From TPA_inf: Saccharomyces (Eukaryota), in the NCBI GenBank assembly GCA_000146045.2, contig BK006944.2, positions 64,001 through 128,000 of the forward strand: DNA of 64,000 nt, read 5' to 3'. Positions 54,793 to 64,000 of this stretch are shown here, in pieces (position 1 is the first letter of the stretch; the number at the start of each line of letters is the position of its first letter). The position numbers and the translations under genes were made by a program. The notes under the pieces are model-generated. The model was given only the letters and a program-made list of their open reading frames with translations, searched no databases and was not told the origin of the DNA.

Positions 54793-56304
54793 ATGGAAAA
54801 AATTCCCAGGTGGTTGTTGTTTTCTCTTATATCGTCGGTGCTGTGCATACTTGGGGCCCTGTGTGTGCCGTTGTTATCGGTTGCCTTCGATAGCAAGCGC
54901 AATAGCCAATCTAAGTTGGTCAACTATGGTCTTTCTCTAAGTGCCGGATCTATGATCACTACTTCACTATACATGCTATTGCCTCGGATCGAAAAATCAA
55001 ACCGGTTCAAGGTTTTTCCTGGATTGCTTTTGGGTATTTGCCTCAGTTTTTTCTTAAACTACCTAGTCCACGCTTTCGCCAGCGAATCGTTGGTACACTG
55101 TGCTGATAGCGGTGACCATGCTACAGGTTCACATATACACTCCAAATCACATTCGCATTCGCACTCACACTCACATGCGGATTCGCATTCGAATTTTAGC
55201 AACGATCATGATTTAGAAAATGCTCCCTCTGAGCATGGTTATGCAACATCTTCTTCCAGTGTTTCTGAAAATGACCCGTTGATTACAAAGGATAGCGATA
55301 GACCCCAAATGAAAAAGAAAATGTCCCTAATTGACTTATTAACCAGAAGGAAATCAGAAGGCGAGTGTTGTGACCTAAACAAGTGCACTCCGCTCTTGCA
55401 ATCAGAGCAGCCAGAATATATTGCATGTGTCCCACCAGTGATAAAGTCTTCTCAAAGTGAAAGAAACGTGCCACATGGATGCGAGGGATCAGAAGATAAT
55501 GGACAATCCGATGACAAGGATCATCGTGGCCTTGTATGCGTGGAAAATAATATCGGTTACGATCTTGAAAACCTATCGTTGTACCGTAAGAATTTTCTTT
55601 CGAGCCGCCATCATCATTCCTCTGAATCGCCCGAAAATTATGGTTCCAACCAGTTGTCGCACTCTTTTTCGTCACCTTTGGGAAATGATGTAACTGAGAA
55701 TCCGGCCGCATTGGCAGACACACAATACCATCCCGAAAATGGTTCATTATACCCCCACCATCATCACTTAGAGACCCCTTTTTCCAAATTACTGTCTATT
55801 GGTATGCAAACTTGTCTAGTCCTTGCATTACACAAATTTCCCGAAGGGTTTATTATTTTTTACACTAACAGGTCAGATTCGTCAAAGTCCTTGGGATTTT
55901 CCATTTTTTTAAGTTTGACGATCCATAATTTTGTCGAAGGATTTGCAATGACGTTACCATTCTACACTGTTTTCGAATCTAAATGGGTTGCCATTTTGAT
56001 TACTGCCGTTCTCGGTGGTGGATCTCAACCATTAGGTGCATTGATAGGTTATTTCATCTTTAAAGGTAGTACTCCAAGGGATCACGAACCCAACATGGAT
56101 TTTTTACTGAGCGTTACTGCAGGGTTCCTATTAGTAATTGGTTTACAAATGTTCCAAACTGGTATCGGATTTAGCGATGGACATCATCATCATCAAGGAG
56201 AAGGTGATGAAGAAATGAAACAGTCCCATAGCTCAGGCACAACTTGCTTGAAATGGTGCTGCACTGGCGTTTTGCTAATTCTAGCGAGTGCCCTTTTCAC
56301 TTGA
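54793..56304 (+). CDS. ZRT3: ZRT3, vacuolar zinc exporter of the ZIP family.
   Basis: A 503-aa ORF beginning MEKIPRWLLFSLISSV... It has ZIP-family TM helices, a histidine-rich cytosolic loop (HSKSHSHSHSHSHADSHS) and a second HHHH cluster. The ORF-track start at 54721 is non-native. Confidence 0.9.
   Translation: MEKIPRWLLFSLISSVLCILGALCVPLLSVAFDSKRNSQSKLVNYGLSLSAGSMITTSLYMLLPRIEKSNRFKVFPGLLLGICLSFFLNYLVHAFASESLVHCADSGDHATGSHIHSKSHSHSHSHSHADSHSNFSNDHDLENAPSEHGYATSSSSVSENDPLITKDSDRPQMKKKMSLIDLLTRRKSEGECCDLNKCTPLLQSEQPEYIACVPPVIKSSQSERNVPHGCEGSEDNGQSDDKDHRGLVCVENNIGYDLENLSLYRKNFLSSRHHHSSESPENYGSNQLSHSFSSPLGNDVTENPAALADTQYHPENGSLYPHHHHLETPFSKLLSIGMQTCLVLALHKFPEGFIIFYTNRSDSSKSLGFSIFLSLTIHNFVEGFAMTLPFYTVFESKWVAILITAVLGGGSQPLGALIGYFIFKGSTPRDHEPNMDFLLSVTAGFLLVIGLQMFQTGIGFSDGHHHHQGEGDEEMKQSHSSGTTCLKWCCTGVLLILASALFT
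55148..55190 (+). repeat. ZRT3: Imperfect hexanucleotide (CAYTCG) repeat encoding the (HS)n metal-binding loop of Zrt3.
   Basis: cacattcgcattcgcactcacactcacatgcggattcgcattcg is seen directly. Confidence 0.7.
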
Positions 56305-56379
56305 TAAATTAAAACTACGTATATTCTTTCTATATAAGTCTTTTCCCATTAAATAACGGTGTATAATCACGATCATATA

Positions 56380-58236
56380 TCATATATCATATCTACGATC
56401 ATCGGCAAGATCAAATTCTTGTTCTGCTGTATGGTGCTCATCACCATAATCGGTTATCACGTTTTCCTCATTTTCCTCAAAGGGATTTTCTGTACTACTT
56501 TTAGGATGCACCTTGATGAAACCTTCTTCAGAATTATTTTCTACAGACTCTTTCACTGTGGTTCCCGAGTTTAGAGTATGTTCAACATTGCTATCCTCTA
56601 GTTCAAAAACAGTTTCTTCCGCATCACTGGGAATTGGAGCCTTGATGTCATCTGCCAAGGGTAATCTAAAATTATACTTCCCCCATTTGAAATAAAGACC
56701 AGTGATAACTAAAATGCAGAATACGTACACCATTAAAGCATAATTCATTGTTTTGAAAGTTACAGGCACTTGCGTTGGTAGGCAAACAGAAACCATAGAT
56801 AACAAGAGCCACACAATAGAAACAATGTTGATGAACCAACCAAACTTATACCTGATTTTTACTGGCGCGCTTCGGATAGCTCTTCTTCTCGTAAACAGCA
56901 CCAAGACTAACGGAATGAAAGTCGCAGAACAAAGACAGAGCACTGCAGCGCCTATAAAAGCATTAAATGCGGCCGTTGAAATCAAAGCTAGCAGACCTAA
57001 AAAGTATGATATTATCATACTCAATACAACAGAATTCTTGGGGACTTTTGACTGAGAATCCGGTTCGACGTAGGTCCATTTATCGTAGTATGGTATAGCC
57101 TGGTCACGACTAAAACTATATACCGCACGAGAAGATGTAGTAATCGAGCCAATTCCGGAAAACAGTAAGTTTCCTAAAATTAGGAGCACTAAAAAAAAAG
57201 ACAAGACCACCGAATCAGTCGATTTTGTAAAAATGTTCACTATTGGTAGAACCTTATGATTGGTAAAAAGCAAATCATTATCTGGCAGGATTAACATTAT
57301 TGGTATAAGAAAAATGACTCCAGAGAACGCGGATAACAATACCGCATTCGACATACCACGTGGAATATCCTTCTCAGGAACTTTGACTTCGTCAGCTAAA
57401 GCAGGTAACATACTGAAACCTTGTAACGTGAAATTAGACTGTTGGAATCCAATGATGAAGGAAAGAAATGCGCTTTTATACCCTGATAGATTATTATCAA
57501 AGTGAAATAGCGCGTACTTCAAAGATCGAAATTTACCTTTGTGGAATACTAGTAGAAGAATATCAATAAATATAATGGCATATATGATCCAATAAACACA
57601 GACTTTGTTTATTGTTTCAATAAATCTTGCAAATTTCAAATTCACGAGGCCTACAACAGTCACAACTAAGTAAAATACAATGACTGTGTAAAAAATCAAG
57701 TGTGCCTCGGATATTAGGTTGGAGTTCGTCATCAGAATCAAAGAAATGGTAAGTTGAGCGCCTGCAAAAGTAATACTGGTACTCATAGTCCAATTCCCTA
57801 TGAGCATTAACCAGCCAGTGTACCACGAACATACTAATTTCAATTTCTCCGGGGCCAACATGGCACTCCCAACATGCAGTTCCATCGGAAATTTTGAAAC
57901 AATCTCACCAAGAGAAAGCGACGAAAACCATATACACACTCCACTGATTAAAAAACCTAGCATTATAGTTAACGGACCACCATTAATTAGCCCAATGGCC
58001 ATACTAGTGCACATTCCTAAAACGGGACTCATTAGTCCTAAACCGAGACCGACAATAGAACCTCTTGACAATAACGATTTATCCAACACCTGATCATAAT
58101 TGAAATGCTCGGCCTCCTCGTTCTCTTGACTGTCATCTTCATGAACAATGGTGTGCAAGTTATCAAACAAACCATTCGGATCGAAATGAACGATATTCTC
58201 CCTTATATTATCAGCCAGTAGCGTATACTCTGGCAT
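56380..58236 (-). CDS. TPO5: TPO5, polyamine exporter of the APC (amino acid-polyamine-organocation) superfamily.
   Basis: A 618-aa ORF with 12 predicted TM helices. I recognise it as YKL174C. Confidence 0.9.
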   Translation of the reverse strand: MPEYTLLADNIRENIVHFDPNGLFDNLHTIVHEDDSQENEEAEHFNYDQVLDKSLLSRGSIVGLGLGLMSPVLGMCTSMAIGLINGGPLTIMLGFLISGVCIWFSSLSLGEIVSKFPMELHVGSAMLAPEKLKLVCSWYTGWLMLIGNWTMSTSITFAGAQLTISLILMTNSNLISEAHLIFYTVIVFYLVVTVVGLVNLKFARFIETINKVCVYWIIYAIIFIDILLLVFHKGKFRSLKYALFHFDNNLSGYKSAFLSFIIGFQQSNFTLQGFSMLPALADEVKVPEKDIPRGMSNAVLLSAFSGVIFLIPIMLILPDNDLLFTNHKVLPIVNIFTKSTDSVVLSFFLVLLILGNLLFSGIGSITTSSRAVYSFSRDQAIPYYDKWTYVEPDSQSKVPKNSVVLSMIISYFLGLLALISTAAFNAFIGAAVLCLCSATFIPLVLVLFTRRRAIRSAPVKIRYKFGWFINIVSIVWLLLSMVSVCLPTQVPVTFKTMNYALMVYVFCILVITGLYFKWGKYNFRLPLADDIKAPIPSDAEETVFELEDSNVEHTLNSGTTVKESVENNSEEGFIKVHPKSSTENPFEENEENVITDYGDEHHTAEQEFDLADDRRYDI

Positions 58237-58516
58237 TTTTCATTTATTTGACTTATTTTTATTTATTTTATTGTACAATGGCAAACAAATACACGGACTG
58301 GTATGTTCTTCGTCAAATTGATGATCTGTTCTTTTGGCTTATCCTTATGGGATGATTAATGATTGTTAAAGCCTCATTGCGGAAATTTTAATGCCGGAAA
58401 GGCCTGAAAAATTTCAAAGTGGCAGAAAACAAGGCTTTGGGGCATTACTTGCCAACGGCTGACGATTGCTAGCTGCTTTTACAGAAGCGATACACAATAG
58501 CTCCTAACATAGCAAA

Positions 58517-61500
58517 ATGGAAGGTGACGATTTATTCGATGAGTTTGGAAATTTGATCGGAGTTGATCCTTTTGACTCGGATGAAGAAGAAAGTGTGCTG
58601 GATGAGCAAGAACAATATCAAACCAATACGTTTGAGGGGAGCGGCAACAACAATGAGATTGAGAGCAGACAACTTACCTCGTTAGGAAGTAAAAAGGAAC
58701 TTGGAATTTCCTTAGAGCACCCTTATGGTAAGGAAGTGGAAGTATTAATGGAAACTAAGAACACACAGTCACCACAGACTCCACTGGTAGAGCCGGTTAC
58801 AGAACGAACAAAGTTGCAAGAGCATACAATTTTTACACAATTAAAAAAAAACATTCCGAAGACTAGATATAATCGAGACTATATGTTATCAATGGCTAAC
58901 ATTCCGGAGAGGATAATAAATGTTGGTGTCATTGGACCTCTTCACTCAGGTAAGACCTCTTTGATGGATCTCCTAGTAATCGACTCACACAAACGCATAC
59001 CAGATATGTCTAAGAATGTAGAACTTGGATGGAAACCGCTAAGATACCTGGATAATTTGAAACAAGAGATTGACCGGGGTCTTTCCATTAAACTTAATGG
59101 TTCCACTCTACTCTGCACCGATTTAGAATCCAAGTCTAGAATGATAAACTTTTTGGATGCACCAGGGCATGTTAATTTTATGGATGAAACGGCAGTCGCA
59201 CTTGCAGCAAGTGATTTGGTTTTAATCGTGATAGATGTTGTAGAAGGTGTTACATTTGTGGTAGAGCAATTGATAAAACAAAGTATTAAAAATAATGTAG
59301 CAATGTGTTTTGTTATAAATAAACTCGACAGATTGATTCTAGATTTAAAGTTGCCACCAATGGACGCATACTTGAAGTTAAATCATATAATTGCAAATAT
59401 CAATTCCTTTACGAAGGGAAACGTGTTTTCACCAATAGACAATAACATAATATTTGCGTCTACAAAGCTGGGCTTCACATTCACTATCAAGGAATTTGTT
59501 TCTTATTATTACGCCCACTCCATACCTTCTTCTAAGATAGACGACTTTACCACAAGGCTATGGGGTAGCGTATATTACCATAAAGGTAATTTCAGGACAA
59601 AACCATTTGAAAATGTAGAGAAGTACCCGACTTTCGTTGAATTTATCCTCATCCCGCTTTATAAAATATTTTCCTACGCTTTATCTATGGAGAAAGATAA
59701 ATTAAAGAATTTGTTAAGGTCTAACTTTAGAGTTAATTTAAGTCAAGAGGCCCTCCAGTACGATCCGCAACCTTTTTTAAAACACGTTCTACAGTTAATA
59801 TTTAGGCAACAAACCGGTCTTGTAGATGCGATAACCAGATGTTATCAACCATTTGAATTATTCGACAATAAGACAGCTCATCTTTCAATTCCAGGAAAAT
59901 CTACACCAGAAGGCACTCTTTGGGCTCATGTACTGAAAACTGTGGATTACGGTGGAGCAGAGTGGTCCCTTGTACGGATATACTCTGGACTTTTGAAGAG
60001 AGGGGATACAGTACGTATACTTGATACATCACAATCTGAATCTCGCCAAAAAAGACAGTTGCATGATATCTCAAAGACGGAAACCTCCAACGAAGATGAA
60101 GATGAAGATGACGAAACGCCTTCATGTGAGGTCGAAGAAATTGGCTTATTAGGTGGCAGATATGTCTATCCGGTTCATGAAGCACACAAAGGACAGATAG
60201 TATTAATAAAAGGTATTTCAAGTGCATATATTAAATCCGCGACGTTGTACTCTGTAAAGAGTAAGGAGGACATGAAACAGCTAAAATTTTTCAAACCTTT
60301 AGATTATATTACCGAGGCAGTTTTCAAAATTGTTCTTCAACCTTTACTGCCAAGGGAATTACCCAAGTTATTGGATGCCCTGAACAAAATTTCGAAATAC
60401 TACCCAGGCGTTATTATTAAAGTTGAGGAATCTGGAGAACATGTAATACTAGGAAATGGAGAGCTGTATATGGACTGTTTGTTGTATGATCTAAGAGCGA
60501 GTTATGCAAAGATAGAAATTAAAATATCTGATCCTTTAACTGTTTTTTCTGAAAGTTGCTCAAATGAATCGTTCGCTTCAATACCTGTAAGTAATTCGAT
60601 ATCTCGCCTTGGTGAGGAAAATTTACCAGGTCTGTCGATTAGTGTAGCCGCTGAACCAATGGACTCTAAAATGATTCAGGATTTGAGCAGGAACACATTG
60701 GGAAAGGGTCAAAACTGCTTGGATATTGACGGAATAATGGACAACCCAAGGAAACTATCCAAAATATTGAGAACCGAGTATGGGTGGGATTCGTTGGCAT
60801 CAAGAAACGTTTGGTCTTTTTATAATGGCAACGTGTTGATTAATGACACTTTGCCAGATGAAATCAGTCCTGAATTATTATCCAAATATAAGGAACAAAT
60901 AATACAAGGATTTTACTGGGCTGTAAAAGAGGGGCCTTTGGCAGAAGAACCAATTTATGGTGTACAGTATAAATTGTTATCGATCTCAGTACCTTCCGAC
61001 GTAAACATTGACGTTATGAAAAGTCAAATTATTCCGCTAATGAAAAAAGCCTGTTACGTTGGCTTACTGACAGCAATCCCAATTTTATTGGAACCCATCT
61101 ATGAAGTTGACATCACGGTCCACGCCCCCTTGCTGCCAATAGTAGAGGAACTTATGAAGAAGAGACGTGGAAGCAGGATATACAAAACAATAAAAGTGGC
61201 AGGGACACCATTGTTGGAGGTTCGTGGACAAGTTCCGGTTATTGAATCTGCAGGATTCGAGACAGATTTGAGATTATCTACGAATGGTCTTGGTATGTGT
61301 CAGCTGTACTTTTGGCACAAGATATGGAGGAAGGTTCCTGGTGATGTTTTGGATAAAGATGCGTTTATTCCAAAATTGAAACCCGCACCTATCAACAGTT
61401 TAAGTCGTGATTTCGTGATGAAAACAAGAAGGCGGAAGGGTATTTCTACAGGTGGATTTATGTCAAATGATGGTCCTACGCTTGAAAAGTATATAAGCGC

Positions 61501-61543
61501 TGAATTATACGCTCAATTAAGAGAAAATGGCTTAGTACCGTGA
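58517..61543 (+). CDS. SNU114: SNU114, U5 snRNP GTPase (EF-2-like).
   Basis: A 1008-aa ORF with an acidic N-terminus. The translation shows G1 GPLHSGKTSLMD, G3 DAPGHVNF, and G4 NKLD, followed by EF-2-like domains II-V. Confidence 0.93.
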   Translation: MEGDDLFDEFGNLIGVDPFDSDEEESVLDEQEQYQTNTFEGSGNNNEIESRQLTSLGSKKELGISLEHPYGKEVEVLMETKNTQSPQTPLVEPVTERTKLQEHTIFTQLKKNIPKTRYNRDYMLSMANIPERIINVGVIGPLHSGKTSLMDLLVIDSHKRIPDMSKNVELGWKPLRYLDNLKQEIDRGLSIKLNGSTLLCTDLESKSRMINFLDAPGHVNFMDETAVALAASDLVLIVIDVVEGVTFVVEQLIKQSIKNNVAMCFVINKLDRLILDLKLPPMDAYLKLNHIIANINSFTKGNVFSPIDNNIIFASTKLGFTFTIKEFVSYYYAHSIPSSKIDDFTTRLWGSVYYHKGNFRTKPFENVEKYPTFVEFILIPLYKIFSYALSMEKDKLKNLLRSNFRVNLSQEALQYDPQPFLKHVLQLIFRQQTGLVDAITRCYQPFELFDNKTAHLSIPGKSTPEGTLWAHVLKTVDYGGAEWSLVRIYSGLLKRGDTVRILDTSQSESRQKRQLHDISKTETSNEDEDEDDETPSCEVEEIGLLGGRYVYPVHEAHKGQIVLIKGISSAYIKSATLYSVKSKEDMKQLKFFKPLDYITEAVFKIVLQPLLPRELPKLLDALNKISKYYPGVIIKVEESGEHVILGNGELYMDCLLYDLRASYAKIEIKISDPLTVFSESCSNESFASIPVSNSISRLGEENLPGLSISVAAEPMDSKMIQDLSRNTLGKGQNCLDIDGIMDNPRKLSKILRTEYGWDSLASRNVWSFYNGNVLINDTLPDEISPELLSKYKEQIIQGFYWAVKEGPLAEEPIYGVQYKLLSISVPSDVNIDVMKSQIIPLMKKACYVGLLTAIPILLEPIYEVDITVHAPLLPIVEELMKKRRGSRIYKTIKVAGTPLLEVRGQVPVIESAGFETDLRLSTNGLGMCQLYFWHKIWRKVPGDVLDKDAFIPKLKPAPINSLSRDFVMKTRRRKGISTGGFMSNDGPTLEKYISAELYAQLRENGLVP

Positions 61544-61758
61544 AAATCTTGGCGCATAAGAATTAAGCAATATGTCCACAATATTTTTATTCAGCAGAAT
61601 TTACATATGACTTCGTATTTAGTGATATAACTACTCATCGGGACTGAAAATTTTTTATTTCTGCCTAAATACAGATGAGATGAGCTTTATAGAATTTTAC
61701 GCTGTTAAAAAGTTAAACGGTAACAAAGCACAGTTAGTTGAACAACGGTATATAGAGA

Positions 61759-63042
61759 ATGGCTAAAGGTTTCAAGTTGAAGGAGTTGCTTTCGCATCAA
61801 AAGGAAATTGAAAAAGCTGAAAAGCTTGAAAATGACCTAAAGAAAAAGAAATCCCAAGAATTGAAGAAAGAAGAACCAACTATCGTTACAGCTTCTAATT
61901 TGAAAAAGCTTGAGAAGAAAGAAAAGAAGGCCGATGTTAAGAAGGAAGTTGCTGCAGATACTGAAGAATATCAAAGCCAAGCCCTTTCTAAAAAAGAGAA
62001 AAGAAAGTTGAAAAAAGAATTGAAAAAAATGCAAGAACAGGACGCTACCGAAGCTCAAAAGCATATGTCTGGCGATGAAGATGAATCTGGCGACGATAGA
62101 GAGGAAGAAGAAGAAGAAGAAGAAGAAGAAGAAGGAAGACTGGATCTTGAGAAATTGGCCAAAAGTGACTCTGAGTCTGAAGATGATTCTGAGTCTGAAA
62201 ATGATTCTGAAGAGGATGAGGATGTCGTTGCTAAAGAAGAAAGCGAGGAAAAGGAAGAGCAAGAAGAAGAACAAGACGTTCCATTGTCAGACGTGGAATT
62301 TGATTCTGATGCAGATGTCGTTCCACATCATAAACTAACCGTCAACAACACAAAAGCGATGAAACATGCCTTAGAAAGGGTACAATTGCCATGGAAAAAA
62401 CATTCATTCCAAGAGCACCAAAGCGTTACATCAGAAACTAATACGGATGAACATATTAAGGACATATACGATGATACTGAAAGGGAATTAGCATTTTACA
62501 AGCAATCACTGGACGCTGTTTTAGTAGCACGTGACGAATTGAAACGACTAAAAGTACCCTTCAAAAGACCATTGGATTATTTTGCTGAAATGGTGAAAAG
62601 TGATGAACATATGGACAAGATTAAGGGTAAGTTGATTGAAGAAGCCAGTGACAAGAAGGCACGTGAAGAAGCTAGAAGACAAAGGCAATTGAAGAAATTT
62701 GGTAAGCAAGTCCAAAACGCTACCTTACAGAAACGTCAATTGGAGAAAAGAGAAACACTGGAAAAGATCAAATCTTTGAAGAACAAAAGAAAGCACAACG
62801 AGATCGATCACTCCGAGTTCAACGTCGGTGTAGAGGAAGAAGTTGAAGGAAAAAGGTTCGATAGAGGCAGGCCTAACGGAAAGAGAGCCGCAAAAAACGC
62901 TAAGTATGGCCAAGGAGGCATGAAGAGATTCAAGAGGAAGAATGATGCTACCTCTTCTGCTGATGTCAGCGGCTTTTCTTCCAGAAAAATGAAGGGGAAG
63001 ACCAATAGACCAGGAAAGAGTAGACGTGCCAGAAGATTCTAA
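61759..63042 (+). CDS. EBP2: EBP2, nucleolar 60S ribosome-biogenesis factor.
   Basis: A 427-aa ORF. It has a highly charged K/E-rich N-terminus, a poly-Glu tract, and a conserved coiled-coil Ebp2 domain. I recognise it as YKL172W. Confidence 0.9.
   Translation: MAKGFKLKELLSHQKEIEKAEKLENDLKKKKSQELKKEEPTIVTASNLKKLEKKEKKADVKKEVAADTEEYQSQALSKKEKRKLKKELKKMQEQDATEAQKHMSGDEDESGDDREEEEEEEEEEEGRLDLEKLAKSDSESEDDSESENDSEEDEDVVAKEESEEKEEQEEEQDVPLSDVEFDSDADVVPHHKLTVNNTKAMKHALERVQLPWKKHSFQEHQSVTSETNTDEHIKDIYDDTERELAFYKQSLDAVLVARDELKRLKVPFKRPLDYFAEMVKSDEHMDKIKGKLIEEASDKKAREEARRQRQLKKFGKQVQNATLQKRQLEKRETLEKIKSLKNKRKHNEIDHSEFNVGVEEEVEGKRFDRGRPNGKRAAKNAKYGQGGMKRFKRKNDATSSADVSGFSSRKMKGKTNRPGKSRRARRF
62101..62133 (+). 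repeat. EBP2: (GAA)n trinucleotide repeat (GAG plus about ten GAA) encoding the poly-Glu run in Ebp2.
   Basis: gaggaagaagaagaagaagaagaagaagaagaa is seen directly, in frame with the EBP2 ATG. Confidence 0.8.
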
Positions 63043-63474
63043 GCCGTTATGTCGGCAAGAACACTGTATATATCCAGAACGTAAAGTATATACAACTATC
63101 TATCATCTCTTTGTACACTAGTATAAAATAGAATTAAATCCAACGAAGCCCTAAAAGGCTTTTGTAACCCTGCCAAGATGACGGGAAAATAAAGGGAAAG
63201 ACCTTATGTTTTTGCCCAAAAACCCTAGCGCCGGCGCTAATATTAATGGCCGGAATGAAAAGGTCCCGGAACTTTGTGTATGGCGTTGCGCTCTTCCTGT
63301 GAGTGGGGGGAAACAGATTAGATAATTGAATTCAATAACAACAGTCAATGGGGGACGGAGGGTCTTATGTTCCCTTTGGGTCATCGGGGACGCAAGTAAG
63401 AAGATACGCAATCAGCAAGCGCTGTTATTACTCTAACGAAGAAATCTTTTCAGCAAAACGGTCCAAAAGAACGA

Positions 63475-64000
63475 ATGTTTACGTCGCAGCGACAGCTTCG
63501 ACAAAATGGGAGTCCGATGTCATCATCACGTTCATCACAACATTCCTCTGGTACAGCGTCGCCGATATCAGACTCTCCAGCATCGAATCGCAGCTATGGA
63601 AGAGATCTACGAGGCTTAATGGGAATTGATATACCTGCTAACGAACCAGCTTTTAACAGGGCCAATAGCAGTGATACAATCTATTTCAGGCCTAAGAAGA
63701 TTTACAAAATGGAACATGAGCACCCATCACGATCTACTTTAGTACAACTGCAGACAAGATCGCAGCCGGACGATGTCGCAAGTAGTCAAGTAAACCCTGA
63801 AGGCGGAACCGACGATCTAGAGCTGGGCGATCCGTGTGGCAATCAATCTTTATACACTATAGGGGCGGAGTACGTTCCAGATTTAGACTTTACAAAGCTA
63901 GTGAATGAGTGGCAAAAGTCCACCGAGGATTTGTATGAGTTCAGAAGCAGTGCCACTCCGCAGGTACAAATCAAAGACAGTGGAAAGGGAAACTACGAAC
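63475..64000 (+). CDS. NNK1: NNK1, nitrogen-network protein kinase. Only the N-terminal 175 codons fall in the window; the 3' end is truncated by the window edge.
   Basis: From ATG 63475 the sequence reads MFTSQRQLRQNGSPMSSSRSSQHSSGTASPISDS... and stays open to position 64000. I recognise it as the N-terminus of YKL171W. Confidence 0.8.
   Translation, partial: MFTSQRQLRQNGSPMSSSRSSQHSSGTASPISDSPASNRSYGRDLRGLMGIDIPANEPAFNRANSSDTIYFRPKKIYKMEHEHPSRSTLVQLQTRSQPDDVASSQVNPEGGTDDLELGDPCGNQSLYTIGAEYVPDLDFTKLVNEWQKSTEDLYEFRSSATPQVQIKDSGKGNYE

Noticed and set aside
1-64000. A prokaryote-style novel defence, biosynthetic or mobile system, as the prompt hints.
   Set aside because: The sequence is eukaryotic: spliceosomal introns with GTATGT/TACTAAC, Pol III tRNA genes with A/B boxes, Ty LTRs, and monocistronic genes on both strands. 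Every large ORF is a known yeast protein. Nothing remains unexplained that would constitute a system.

Overview
This window reads as Saccharomyces cerevisiae nuclear DNA from the left arm of chromosome XI, covering the gene run YKL201C (MNN4) through YKL171W (NNK1). From memory of the S288C map it corresponds to roughly chrXI 64,001-128,000; that offset is recalled, not computed. The identification rests on reading the translated ORFs: 31 protein-coding genes are recognisable from diagnostic motifs, two of them spliced (CNB1, RPL17A) and two cut by the window edges (MNN4 at the start, NNK1 at the end). There are two tRNA genes, tRNA-Asn(GUU) and tRNA-Leu(UAA), each with a degenerate solo Ty1/Ty2-type delta LTR just upstream. 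The window also holds a lysine/glutamate-coding minisatellite at the MNN4 3' end, several smaller coding tandem repeats, long poly(dT) and (AT)n tracts, and recognisable promoter elements (STE3 P'Q box, a ZRT3 zinc-responsive element, an RPL17A Rap1 site, a FAS1 ICRE-like element). The supplied ORF track appears to allow non-ATG starts (for example TTG at position 30 and at 45893), so several of its start coordinates were corrected to the first in-frame ATG that matches the known protein N-terminus. I see no evidence of a novel or undescribed system. Gene density, intron signals, tRNA-LTR associations and promoter motifs all look like ordinary, well-characterised yeast chromosome. The most unusual points are flagged in the findings: a possible MTR2 5'-UTR intron, a tRNA-like fragment with a flanking inverted repeat in the FAT3-MTR2 spacer, a candidate ARS under the tiny ORF YKL183C-A, and a loose co-location of three polyamine genes.
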